Source: Camelus dromedarius (Eukaryota). From it: 64,000 nucleotides of DNA. The notes beneath the pieces were generated by a model, which made no database searches, had not been told where the DNA came from, and was given only the letters and a program-made list of their open reading frames with translations. The number at the start of each line of letters is the position of its first letter. Position 1 is the first letter of the stretch. Made by a program: the position numbers and the translations under genes. The stretch spans positions 49,540,001-49,604,000 of the forward strand of contig NC_087436.1 in assembly GCF_036321535.1 (NCBI RefSeq). The letters run 5' to 3'. Below, in pieces: positions 12,560 through 25,510 of this stretch.

Positions 12560-15064
12560 GCAGAGAAACAGCTTATGTCCTCATCAAGTTCTGCTTCCCT
12601 GTTTTCAAGGGAAGATTCCTGCTCTTTCCTCCCTTCATGCATTTTAGCCTGGGCCAGTGCATTCACTAAATTAGCTGTACACAATACAAAACTGTGGTAA
12701 AAAAAATAAAAATAAAATTACTACTAACTTACTCCCAATTGCAGCTTATAACTTGGAATGATGTTAAAAATATTTAATAACCAAATTGCAGAAGCACCTG
12801 TGTCCCACACTCCAACTGATAATCCATATCAGTCCCCACTTCCTGTTATGAACAGTCACAATGGCTTGGACTGTGACAATGTGTACTTTCTGACTAACTA
12901 AACAGATGTTTTTGTATATCAGGAAATGCATGAATAAGAAGGAAAGTGACTCTAACTATGTGACTTCGCTACTCAGTGTGAGCTGCTTGGAGAAATGTAC
13001 TCTGAAATGCATACAATTTTGCTTGGTTTTCACTTTCAAATATTGCTTTCCTTTCCCTGTCAGCAAGAAAACATTCCCTATTCCTTAATAAATGGAATAA
13101 GTGAAATTTTAATCCTGCACCTCAAAGAGTATTCACATAGTAATTGAAGCCTTTTCAGCACATGCACTGAATAATTAAGATACTTGGCAACTTTTACTGT
13201 GGCAAATATTTAATTTAAAAAATTACAGGAGACAAAGAGTAACCAAATAATGTAACATTTCAATTTATTTTCAATATCAGCAGTAATTTAAGTAAATGCT
13301 AACTGGGCAGCTTTTGAAATTGTTAAGATGTAGATGTGTGTCTAAAGTTTAAGTTGGAGACATGTTCAGTTGGTCTGGGAAGTTTCTAAGAGTCCTTTTA
13401 CCCTCAGGCTGAAGAGAGATTTTTAACAAACTCATACTGTCAGCACTGGAACGGGAAGAAATACAGGAAGACAAAGCCCATTCATTGAGTAGCACTTTAC
13501 TCACAGCATTTCTGAAGATGTCAGTTCTGTCCAAATCCCTTGGATGGTAGGAATCATGGGGGGGGGGGTTGCTCATCGTTGGCATTACGTTCCTTGGATT
13601 ATGTGTCTATGCTGAAAACCCAAAGGATGCTGGAAACCTGGGTTAGTGATGTATTTTCCACCTTTCAAGGGACTCTAGACCACAAAAGAAGAATCCAAAA
13701 CTCCACAGATGACATACTGGGAAGAGTCAGTGCTTGTACCGATGCTGTCTTCCCATTCCATGTATGTTGGAAGTGGTTTAAAGGTATCCAAAAACCTCTG
13801 GGTTCACTGTACATTGACTGGATCATAGTAGTAGAGCGCTTGGTAGGCTGCTTCTCAGCCTAAACCTAAAGGCTCAGCCAGAGCTGCCTTTTCTTTGCCA
13901 GTGCAATGAGTTAATCACAGTAGAACTGGCAGAATTCTGCTCTGGGTCAGTTTTCAGTCCAAACTATTACGATGTCTACCAAGGGTCATAGGAACTTCTT
14001 ATTTGTATATGAGGTAAATACTCCACACAGGCAAACAGGCAACACTAGCTGGTATAAACTGAATTGCACTTGTGCCAAGAAAATAGCTACATATACCATA
14101 GACTTGTTGGCTTTTTTCTGCTGAGTCTCAGTTCATGTGAGCTCTGGCGGGAACCAGATTCCAGGATGGCGACTGGGTTCTTTGGCCCACCAGCTACGTT
14201 GGGCAGCTTCACAGGGCATATGAGGCCGTTCCAACTGGCAAACAGCCCCTTCCTTTTTAATAAAGCCATTGGCATCTTCCTTAGGGAAGAAACAGAAGTG
14301 AGAAAGAGCTAGTCTTCACTACACACCAAGGATGTCAAAATGCTATCTTTTTATAAAAGTATCTTAAGCTGAATGAATCTGAGAATGTCAGCAATATATT
14401 GCAAAAAAAATGTCTAAAGCTTTATCACATCATCATCAGGAAGGTTCAAAGGACAGAATTAAATAGTACCCCGAAGACTCTAGGCTCCCAGAGCAGAACC
14501 ATTATGACTTGGCACCTGTGTTGCTAGAACATCTTATGAGCAGGTACAATGCCAAGTGAACACATGTGAACAAGAATACTCAGCAAGGAGGAAATGTTTA
14601 TCAGTGAGTATCAAATCTAACTAGAAGGAGGAAAGAATTGCTCCATCTGCTCCAGGGACAGAGCCCGCAGGCTGCAAGGCAACAGATCCCCAGTGGTGCA
14701 AAAGTCTGGGGTAAAAAGAAAAGACGTGCATCTAGCCCTTCAGTGAAGCCTGGGAAATGAGCATGTCCCAATGTATAAACATGTTTTACCCGCCCACCAT
14801 CACGGAGGAGGGAAACATTGTAGATCAAATCTGTCTGCTTTGTACTCATCAGACATTGATAGTTATTCTGGGAAAGTGGCTAATTGTTTGGATGCCTTTT
14901 GTGTGTATAAGTATATTATCCATGAAGACTGCACACTTTATTTGATAGTTGTTAAATTTGCAGATGCCATGAATGGGGGAGGGAAGTTCAGTGTTCGCCA
15001 AGAGCAGACAACTTGGTTTACTCCCAACTATGTGATATCCAAACATTGTCTCTGGAGAATGTTT

Positions 15065-16580
15065 TTCTTTCTTTTCTTTCCTTTTGTTTTTTTAACATAC
15101 AGCTTTATTGAGGTATAAATTACATAAATTGAACTGCATGTATATAAAGCATACAATTGATAAATTTGTATATATGTTTACATGCACAAAAATCTCACTG
15201 CAATTAAGATAGTTAACTTATCACCTCCAAGAGCATTTTTTTAAAATTGAAGTTTAGTTGATTTACAATGTTGTATTAGTTTCTGATGTACAGAATAGTG
15301 ATTCAATTATACATACGTATATGTTCTTTTTCATTATAGGTTATTACAAGCTATTAAATATAGTCCCCTGTGCTATACAGTATGACCTTGTTGGTTATCT
15401 ATTTTATATATAGTAGTTTGTATCTGCTAATCCCAAACTCTTAATTTGTCCCTCTTCCTCTCTTCCCCTTTGGCAACCATAAGTTTTCTATGTCTGTGAG
15501 TCTGTTTCTGTTTTGTAAATAAGTTCATCTGTGTCATTATTTTTAAATTCCACATGTAAGTGATAATGTATGATATTTGTCTTTCTCTCCAAGAGCTCTC
15601 TTGTGTTCCTTTGTAATTTCTTCCTCCTGCTCCATCCCACCCCTTTCCCTCTTCCCTGGGCAACCACTGATCTGCTTTTTGTTACTACAGATTACTTTGC
15701 ATTCTCTAGAATTTCATATAAATAGAATCATATATTATGTGCTTTTTTTGTTTCTGTTTAATTTCTTTCTCTCATTACACTTACTTTGAGATTCATCTAC
15801 GTTGTCATGTGTCAATAGTTCATTCTTTTATATTGCAGAGTAATATTCTCTCATAATGGGTAAAGAACCGTTTGTTGATCCATTCATACGTTGATGGTAT
15901 TTGGATTGTTTCCGATTTTTTGGTAATTACAAACACAGCTGTCTGAACACTCACAGACAGATACTTTCATTTCTCTTAGGTAAAAATCTGGGAGTGGAAT
16001 GGCTGAATCATGTGGTAGGTGCATGTTAATTTAAGAAACTGTCACATTGTTTTCCAAACTGGTTGTACCATTTCACGTTTTCCTCAGCAGTGCATGAGGT
16101 TTCCAGTTGTCCTACAGTGTTATAGACATTTGATACAAGTTTTTAAATTTTATTCATTCTGATGGATGTGCAGTGGTATCTCATTTTGGCTTTAATTTGC
16201 ATCCCTTTATTGATAAATGATGTTGAATATCTTTTCATCTGTTTATTTGCAGTCTGCATGACTTCTTTGTGCAAGTGTCTATTGAAATTTTTTCCCCTCT
16301 TACTAAGATTTTTTTCCTGAGTTTTGAAAGATCTTTATGCATTCTTTAAACAAGTTCTTTATCATACGTATAATACACAAATATTTTTTCCTAGTCTGTG
16401 ACTTTCCTTTTCACTCTCTTAGTACTGTTTTTAAAAGAACATGTTTTTAATTTCAATGAAGTCCAATTTATCAATTTGTTATTTTGTGGATCTTGCTTTT
16501 GATGTAATACCTAAGAAATCTTTTCCTAACCCAAGGTCACAGAGATTTCCTCCCATTTCCTCTTTCTCTTCCTTTTTATT
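15065..16580 (-). mobile_element. Old L1 (L1MB/MC/ME-type) 3' region with a nested younger L1
   Basis: cagctttattgaggtataa start; ggcaaccactgatctgct, ggaatggctgaatcatgtggtagg, gaagtccaatttatcaattt and tcctaacccaaggtcacagagattt are antisense L1M 3'UTR/ORF2-end motifs. Confidence 0.85.
15235..15586 (-). mobile_element. Younger 5'-truncated L1 3' end nested in the old L1
   Basis: attgaagtttagttgatttacaatgttg...ccctgtgctatacagta...ttccacatgtaagtgata; TSD ctccaagagc at 15225-15234 and 15587-15596. Confidence 0.88.
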
Positions 16581-19500
16581 CCTTGGTGCCAGAAGCAGAA
16601 GTGGTAGAGCTGGTTTCGAGATGTTAAGAGACTCCTGTTTTCTGCACTGAACACTCTGTGCCATCTGGCTACTTGCCATTTGGATTTAAAGCATTAGAAA
16701 GAGGGTGGGAGCAGGAGCCTTGAAAACTTGCTGTAAAACCTCTCATTCCAATGAAGAAAAAAGTCACTAATTGCTTTTAGAGAACTCGTCAAGAAGGTTT
16801 CAGAGGTACTCGGTTGGTGTTTCCAAGAAAGCAAAAGTCATTTTATATAGAATTTTGAAATGTTAACCAGTGGCATTTATTACTTAGCAAAACTGGGAAA
16901 TGGGAAGAACTTTCTTGGCATTTTAATCTTAAAATATAATTAAAATATTCTTTCTTTCAATTTGTGCTATTCTGCCTAATTTGGATAGAATATGGAACGT
17001 GAGCTTAGCTAATGGCTCAAAATAATCAATGTAGGTGCTGAGTGAACAGTTCTAAAGACTTAAAGTTAATGTGATAGCAAATGCAGGTTTCAATGTTTCA
17101 TTGATCACATATTTAAAAAAATATTTCCCATGAATTATAGTTCCTGTATGAGCTCTATTGCCTGAATTGCTTTAATTCAAGGCAGACTCTATATGATGTC
17201 TTCCTAAACATCCTAGTGTTTTAAGTCACCAATATAGAAATGAAACCCTTCCTTGAAGCCGCCTTTTTAAAAGCAAACCTCATACTCTGAGAACAAAAAT
17301 TATTAAAAATTTTCCATTTAATAAATTCTTAGAAAGCAGATAATCTAAAAGAGTTGCTTGGTTAATGCCATGTGATTGTTTTACTGGATATTTGCCCTGA
17401 CGTTATTACAGATATTGCTCATTACGTTTGGGACTTTGAGATCATTTTGCAGAAGATGTTGATGTTCTGAATTCTGAAGTTTTTAGATTGAAATTTTGCA
17501 TTTTCTGCACCGAGGAGGGTGTCTATCACTCAAGCTGGTTAAAATAATTTAAAATGCAGTCAGAAAAGTTGTTTTGCATTGGCAGTATAAAAGCTAGCTG
17601 AAGGGTTTGGAAGTGTTCATAGAGGGAGGAGGGAGAGAGAAGGGGTTGAATTTCTTGCCATGGGCTACCACTAGAGCAACTGCTAACAATTCAAACAAGG
17701 ATTATTTTTTAAAGCAACACTTTGCAAGCAGGGTTTCTTACCTTGAGGCAGCCAAAGGATGTGGCTGGACTCATACATTTTTAGCAGCTGACATGTTAAT
17801 GAGACTATTTCCATTGAAATGAGCTAAATACTATTACCATTTGTGGATGTCCTACTGATTTCTGAAGCATTTATTGGACTTCCAAAAGTGCCTCCAGAAT
17901 CACTTAAAAATAAGTTTTAGATTCAACATATATGTACCTATGAATAGTCAATGTTTATATTTATTTGGCTTGGCTCATATCACATCCAATTTTCTTCAAA
18001 GTGCTGGTGTTTTGATGGCTAAGCATTAATAGAAATGAAATCTGCCGGAAGTTGTTGTGTCATTCAGTGAACTTTTCAGAATTTTACTTTTCCTATTTTG
18101 GGGGAAGATAATAACCAGAACACTCATTGGCTGAAAAGCCACTTATTAGTTGTCAGTAGGTAACTTACAAAACTAGGGAGAAGAACTTGCTTGGCACGAC
18201 TGGGAAGTAACACAGTATAACCGTGGGAAGAAATGGAGCGCTTCTCTAGTTCCTGACTCTGAAAGTAGCATTATTATCAGATGGGAATTATAATTTTGGA
18301 GTAAAGTAGTGAATTTGTCAAAGCACTTGTCTATTCTGATTTTGGTTATAATAGTTTGCTTTTTTCTTTTCCAAACTACTTTTATGTCAATTATCTTACT
18401 GAGCTCTCACAACTAATGCTACTATGCACAGTAGAAAAACTAGAAACACAGAAAAGTTAGTTTGCACAAGGTAACATTGCCAGTTAGCAGAGAAACCAGG
18501 ATAAGAACACTTTCTGAAATAGTTTTTCCTCTATAAGCTGCTGCCACTTCTTTTTTTCTTTTTAAAAGAACTTTATGTTAATGGAATATCCAATGATATG
18601 CAATTCTGCTTCTGTTAATACCCATCAGTAGATGAGAGTAAAAAATGAATGCTAATAAACTTGGTGGCAGAAAGATGGAAACCTTGAAGAGGTCACATGT
18701 GCTGTCTAGCCACCCAGTATCCTATTTATAGAAAACATGGATGTTCTGCATCCCAAGGTTTGAGACTTTGGTGCTGCACTAGTGTACCTCTCACTAAAGC
18801 TTCTTTCAAGTGATCTTTCCAAGAGATTCCAGAGAGGAGGTCTGTCTACTGTAGAACGGGCATACCCCAAGGTCTGCTTCTGAGCCAGGGTGTTTTTGCA
18901 TGCCCTATCCCTTTTGCAGCTGGGGAGATCATGCCTTGATTGAAAAATAAATATAACTAAGTACCTGTGACATGTGGAGGATGTCAGGGCCAGGAGCTGA
19001 AGGGAAATCTATAGGCATGCCTGGTGGATGTCTGCTGGAATTGTGACTGTCTCTGTGCTACTGTGGGCTGTGCCTTGTGACTTCATGAGGCCTAAAAGAG
19101 AAACAAGAGGTAATAGAAAGATGCTCACTGCTCTTCAGGAAAAAGACTGTATCTCTTTACTTGCTCTTATGAGCCTCACTACTACATATGAGGTATCAGT
19201 CTATCCTGGGAGTTTCCTTACCCAAGATATAACTCAAATGGAATATCATTTTTTTTTAGTACAAAATATCTTTTTTGAGCTTTTTATTTCAGTTGACAAA
19301 AGAAGCGGCCATGATTTTAGCCTACAGCACATTGTAATGAATGGTTGACTTACTCAAGACACTGTTAAAATTTAAATACCAAGTTTCTTTGAAAACAAGA
19401 CAGCTCAAAGTCTATTCTGATTTTCTCCAATGTGTTATCACACTTTAGGGGAAAAATATGTTTCTGACAGCACAAAACCAGTGACCCCCACGTTTAGTTT

Positions 19501-19934
19501 AAGGCTGTGGTGGATATTTATGGTTGTTTTGGACTCTCCTTCCTTGGTGGCAGCACCTTGATGTCAGTGCGGTGAATTCCCTTCTCCCTGTGTGCGTGGT
19601 GGTGGTAAGAATATATGTCAGTATGGCCTTCCTCTAGCCAAGTGGTCATCATATGACTCCGGCCAGACAGACCAGACTCTCTCCTGGGACTGAATCATGA
19701 GAGGCTGACAAGAGGATGAAAAGTAAGCTTTGTGTGAATGTGTTCCAGGGGTGGCATCCTGGCAGTGGTGTTGGGGGTTTCTGCCACCAGACCCCAGAAT
19801 GTACCTGTTTTCTGTCTTTCTTTTTTTTTTAAATAATCCCCCTTTCTCAGTCTTTAATAATTTCTCTGACATATTTTTAATAAATCTCTTTTCTGCATAA
19901 AGGTTTACATTGCAGGGTGCTCCTCAGTACATTT

Positions 19935-20712
19935 TGGAGATGTCTGGGAAAGATTTCTGAAAGAGATAGTACATAAGCTGAGTCCTGAAGGGCCAGGATA
20001 AGTTATTGACATAGAGAAGGGTGGGGTTTTCTAAAGGCAGAGGGAGCAGTATGTGCCAAGGATAGGATACATGAGAAAACAGATGGTGTATTGAGAAAAA
20101 GTCAACTTTTTCATGTGACTTAGGAGAGATGTTGAGATTGGGGGCATAGTCAAGAGTGAGGTCATTTCATGGAGTTTTTGCCGTGCTAAGGGACTTCGAT
20201 TTTTATCTCGAGAGTACAGGAAAAACCACTGTAGGGTTTTTGGCAGGGCAGTGATACAAGCACTTGTGCATTTGAAACAGCGTGCTGGGAGCAGTGCGGG
20301 AATGGAGTGAGGAGGGGGAAGAAAGCATGGGAAAGGCTAATGCTGAGGTCTTGCTGAGAGATGATCATGGCCTGGAAAACAGCAGTGGGGAAGGGGAGAA
20401 GTCAAAAAATTTGAGAAGCATATGGAGATTGAACTGATAGAATTTGATAAAGGATTTTATGAGGAGGCTAGGGAAAGAAAGGGAGAATCCTAGTTAATCC
20501 ATGACTCTCTACTTTGGATAACTAAGTTCCCAGAGGAATCCTGAGCTGAAAGTAAGGACACAGCAAGACGATCAGGTATGTGGGAGATTAATTTCATTTT
20601 GGACACAGCAAATTTGATGGGCTTGTGCAACATGCAAGTGGAGATCTCCTATGAGCTGTAATCAATGTGGGCATGGACGCAGGACTGAGATCCAAGGTGG
20701 GGTTGGATATAT
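19935..20712 (-). mobile_element. L2 LINE fragment
   Basis: Purine-rich antisense L2: aagctgagtcctgaagg, agcagtatgtgccaagg, aaaccactgtagggtttttggcagggcagtgatac, gagagatgatcatggcctgg. Confidence 0.8.
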
Positions 20713-20729
20713 CTAGAGGGAGAGTCTCC

Positions 20730-21905
20730 TTTGCAAGTCACTATTTCCCCCACATCTTTCTAAGTGAGTATTCTCAAGGTCTCTGTGCTAGGAACCCCTT
20801 ACTTCTCATGCTGCTACAGGCACTCCCTGGACAATCTCATCTTTGCTTATGGATTCTACTACCACTTGCAGATGGACTGAAAACATGGCAAAACTCCCAA
20901 ATCCATTATCCTTTTTTCCCCTGATGTTTCTATTCAACTATCTTCTAAACATTTCCATCTGGTTGTCCTTGTTGGTACCTGCACCAATAATTTTGAAACT
21001 GAACTCATCATTTTTTCTCAAAATACTCTGAATAGCAAATAAGAAAACTCCCCTCCTTTTATTTCCTCTCCCTGGACTAATGACACTATCACCTGCCGTT
21101 CTAGTGATTATCCAGGGAGGGAGCTGCCGCTCCCTGTGTCGGTTTCCCGTTGCTGCTGAAATATACCACCACAGACTCAGTGACTTAAACAATACAATTT
21201 TACTGTCCTACAGTTCAGGAGGTCAGAAGTCTGCTACAGATCTTACTTGGCTAAAACCAGGGTGTCGGCTGGGCTGAGTTCCTTTCTGGAGGCTCTAGGG
21301 GAGAATCTGTGTCCTTGCCCCCCAGAGCCCCTGGAGGATGCCCACGTTGCTCAGTTCATAGTCTTTTCTCCACCTTCTAAGTCAGCAACATCGAGCCAAG
21401 TACCTCTTAGTCAGACATCTCTCTCGCTCTCTCTTTTTTTTTTTCTTTTTTTCTGATTTCCTCATTCACTTTTAAGGACCCTTGAGATTACATCAGGCTT
21501 GCCCAGATAATCTAGTGTAATCTTCTTATTTTACAGTTGACTGATTGGCCCCATAATTCCATGTACAAACGTAATCCCCCTTTGTTTTATGACACGACAC
21601 ATTCACGGGTTCCAGGGTTTAAACTTTGGATATTATGGGGGACCATTATTCTGTTTCCCACCCTCCTCGTCTGTCCCATTGTCTCCCCTGCCCACTCCAC
21701 CAGCATACCTTCTCCTGCTCTCTGTTTCTCCATTGCATTTATTATTACCTAACATGTTATTATAGAGGTACTTGTGTACTTTCTATTGCCCCCACTGGAA
21801 TGCATCATAAAACATCATAAGGCAAAGACTTGGGTCCATTGTTGCACTTAGAGCCATACCAAAAACATAGTGGGTGCTCAATAAATATTCTATGGATAAA
21901 CATAT
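20730..21905 (+). mobile_element. L2 LINE with RT relic, split by a MaLR LTR
   Basis: Decayed GVPQGSVLGPLLF and HGFxYHLYADD-like coding at ~20765-20880; 3' end tagtgggtgctcaataaatatt at ~21870-21890. Confidence 0.75.
21135..21661 (-). mobile_element. MaLR solo LTR (MLT1C/D-like)
   Basis: ccacagactcagtgacttaaacaa...acagttcaggaggtcagaagtc...cctttctggaggctctaggggagaatc...gggggaccattattctg. Confidence 0.88.
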
Positions 21906-22669
21906 GAGTAAAAATCTCATTTGTCACTGAAGACTGTCATCTTGACCTTGATAGCATGTTTCACGTATCCATTCCATCTTACTCATTACTCACTGTCATT
22001 TGTTTTATGTCACACAAAAAAATGACACTCATTTTTTTCTTGGGAAGTTTCTCTATTTTTTCAGTCAATTTCTAGCTAGTATGTGTACCTCCAGTTTCTG
22101 TACCCCTTTTTCTATGTTCTAGAGATTCTAGAATACATGTCCTTCTGTTTCCTCAGCCTAGAATATCTTCCCTTCCTTGACTACCTAGAAAATTTCTCCC
22201 TCTCCTCAAGATCTCCATTGAGCACATATTTTTCCATCAAACTTTCAATGAAAAATTGAATAAAGTGAATTACTTCCTCCTTTGAAGCCTTATTGTCAGA
22301 AACAACAAAGGAGGGACCAATAAGACTCAGGCTGTAAACCCTTAAGAGAGATACCTCAGGTCCTTCTTGATCCCAAAAGAAAGATATAGAGGCTAGGTTC
22401 CCATGAGTCTGCTGGTAGAATTTCATCAGATCATTATTCTATTATTACTATTGTTATAAATATTTTAATTACTGCCATCCTTCCCCACTCCCACCCCCAG
22501 ACACATTCACAGTCTTCTTGGATCTTTCAGATCAGAGAGGCTTATAGAATTTCACGTTACAATACTGATATTCGATATTCATTTTACTGCACTAGGCATT
22601 GTGTGTTACTGATAAATATGTATTTTAGAAATCACACGTGTCTTTCAGAGATATTTTTCATGCTCTTGT

Positions 22670-22890
22670 ATTCTGGAGTCAGTTTTACTGAGTTCAAACT
22701 TTAGCTCTGTAACTTGTATATTCTTGAGTGACTTACTTAAGCTTTTTCAGTTGTAGTTTTGTCATTTGGAAAATGAAGATAATAATAGTACCATTTAATA
22801 TATTTATTGGGAAGATTAAATTGATGTGTGTAACATGCTTAGCACAGTGCTAAATACACGTGACTGGTAAGTGTCAGCTCTTATTATCAC
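22670..22890 (+). mobile_element. MIR SINE
   Basis: ctggagtcag...gagttcaaact...gtcatttggaaaatgaagataataatagtacc...gcttagcacagtgc. Confidence 0.8.
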
Positions 22891-24199
22891 TCTTCTAGAT
22901 GCTGAGTTTTCTGAAGGAAAGCACTTCTTGCCATTCAACTGTGTATCCCCAGAGCCAGATACAAATTTGTCACATGGCAAGTGATCAATCTGTATTTTTT
23001 GAGCAATGAATGCATATTAGTTATTCTCAGAATGTCAGGACCTAATTAATGTATCGACACTAATCTAGGAATAAGACTTGTGAGTAGATTTAGGAGATCT
23101 ACCTCTTTCCCTTTTCTTTTTTCCCCGCTCTGTGAATTAGGGTTTTGAATTTACTTGTCAGACAGAGTGCACTCAGTATATAATTAGATGATGTAAACTA
23201 ACTTGGAACTTAATAAACAAAAACTAATTTGTTGGGAACTATTTTATTCAGGAAATAAATATTTATGCAGGGAGTGTAGGTGAGGGGCCACTTCCAGGTG
23301 CGGGACTACAATGTGGTGTTCCCCACAATTGGAACCAGGCATGGTTTTCTGTTATGTGAGTAAACAACAGAAGCTGGGAGGGGCCTGGCATCAGCTCTGC
23401 TTCCATCTCACTACACCTTTGGGGACCTTTCACCAGAGTAAATAAGGGAACAACCCAAGTCTGCTGCTCCCTGCCAGCTCCCACGCTGTTTGCTCTGGGA
23501 CAAGTGCTCCTGACTCATGGTTGGTTTCATCTGAAGCCCCGGCAAGGCTTTCTGACCGTTGATCACCTGCGGGTCTGGGTGTCCTCTCTCTTACCTGTTT
23601 CCTCTGGTTCTTAGCTCTGTTAGATTCCCTTTTCTCCCCGAAGAGAGAAGTCCTTGAACAAATATGTTGTCAAGTGACTGGTAGTTCTCCTAATCTGCAG
23701 GCTTTTTCATGAGGTTTTAGAGAAATTTTGATCCGTGAACCACAATTCCAGAGGGAAGCTCAGCTCTGGCTGGCTGGCCCTCCCTACCCCTCCTACTACA
23801 TCTATTTCCATGTCTTTGGCATCTAATCGACATTCCTAAGTAAAAGCTGGCTTATATGAATCCTGGTTCATCTGTAAGCACTGACTCCTCAGATCCCTAG
23901 GATTGAATATATCACCATATGCCCGTTCCTTCCAGAATTGTCTAGTATTCTTGTCAGGCATTTGCAATCCCCCCAAAGCTTAGGGTAAGAAATCTGATTA
24001 TAGTCTTTTTTCCTCCCTGTCAGGAATAATTCATCTTCTTTTAATTTTGTACTTAGCATCCTCTATGTGAAATAATCCCTTTAATATTTGAGTATGGGTG
24101 TCTAATCTGAGAAACATCCTATAGTGCAACTTAGATTTTTGAGCAGCCCTCTTCCTGATTAGCAACATTCAGCCCCTCAGCCATCTATCCCTGATATGC

Positions 24200-24352
24200 T
24201 TCCCTTTGCCTCAGTTTCCTCATATATAGAAGAAGGGTGGTGATGAGGACCTGGCTCACAGGCTTGCTTCCTGGGTGAAATGAGTTAGTATGTGTTTTCT
24301 GAAGCATGGTGCTGGAACTTTGTAAGCATTCAATAAATGATAGTTATTGGTG
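24200..24352 (+). mobile_element. MIR SINE fragment
   Basis: tgcctcagtttcctcatatatagaa...gtgaaatgagttag...gtaagcattcaataaatgatagttatt. Confidence 0.8.
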
Positions 24353-24459
24353 TTCTTATTCTTAATATTACTCTTAGTCCCCAAGGGATAAAAATATTTT
24401 AGTTTTAAGTATTCCTAATGTATTCCTTTATATAATTGGGATCTATTGGTTAATTAAAA

Positions 24460-25510
24460 ACAATTTGCATCTTTAAATAGTTTTAGATTTACAGAAAAGC
24501 TTCAAAGAGAGTATAGAGAGTTCCACACCCAGTTTCCCTCACTGTTAAATCTTACATTTCTGTGGTAACTTCGTCACAGCCAAGAAACCAACACTGATAC
24601 ATTACTATTAACTAAATGTCATGCTTTATTCAGATTTCGGTAGTTTTCCTCTAATTTTTTTTTCCTGTTTCAAGATCCCATCCAGGCTTCTATGTTACAC
24701 TTAATCATCATGCCTCCTGAGTCCCCTCGTGGCTGTGACAGTTTCTCAGACTTTGTTTTTGATGACCTTGACTGTTTTGAGGAGTACCGGTTGGGTATTT
24801 TGTAGAATGTCCCTCATTTGGGATTTGTCTAATATTTTTCTCATGATAGACCTAGAGATAGTATTGATGAGAGGGAGACTGTAGAGGTGACGTGCTCATC
24901 CCATCACCATGTGTTGAGGGTACACACTATCAACCTGACTTATTGGATGTTAACCTTGATCACCTGGCTTAAATAGTGTTTGTCAGGTTTCTCTCCTGTA
25001 AATTTAGTTTTGCCCCTACCTTTCCACACTTTAAAATCAAGGCACTCAGTGTGGCCAGCACTCAAGAAATGGGGAGCTCAGGTCCCCTACTTGTGAGGAG
25101 TATTTACAAAAATTATTTAGGTTCTTCTGTAACAGATTTATCTTTGCTCCCTAATTTATTTATTTATGTAATTGATTCAATCATTTATTTATATCAGTTT
25201 GAACTCATGGACATCTATTTTATATTTTGGGTTATAATTTCGCCGTACAACATTATTTTATTAACTGCTTAGAATGATCCAGTTTTGGCTGTTGAGAGCT
25301 TTTTTCACGATGGCGCCTGTGTCCTTTAGACGTGTCCCACCCCTTTGGCTTTTGAGTGCTTCCTTCCTTTCTCGCCCTGCAAGTTACTCTGGCTTGCCTT
25401 GTGTACTCCCTGACCCCGCCCGAGATCAACTGTTCCTCTGTGTAACCCTGATTCCTTTTACTGGGAAATATATTTGAAGCCAAGATCTGGCCCTGGGTTA
25501 TTAGCTTTTG
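24460..25510 (-). mobile_element. L1MC4/5-type 3' end
   Basis: ttttagatttacagaaaag...caagatcccatccagg...ttgatgaccttgactgttttgaggagtac...tattttgtagaatgtccctc. Confidence 0.85.

Noticed and set aside
13408..13550. Exon-like segment between ttttaccctcag and gtagga
   Set aside because: All three frames contain a stop and I recognise no protein.
19028..19150. MSAGIVTVSVLLWAVPCDFMRPKR, signal-peptide-like with a basic cleavage-like site
   Set aside because: I recognise no family, find no convincing downstream exon, and the donor is weak; compatible with chance.
19935..21905. Back-to-back L2 pieces as a single inverted element
   Set aside because: The pieces appear to cover overlapping L2 coordinates, so two independent old insertions is the simpler explanation.
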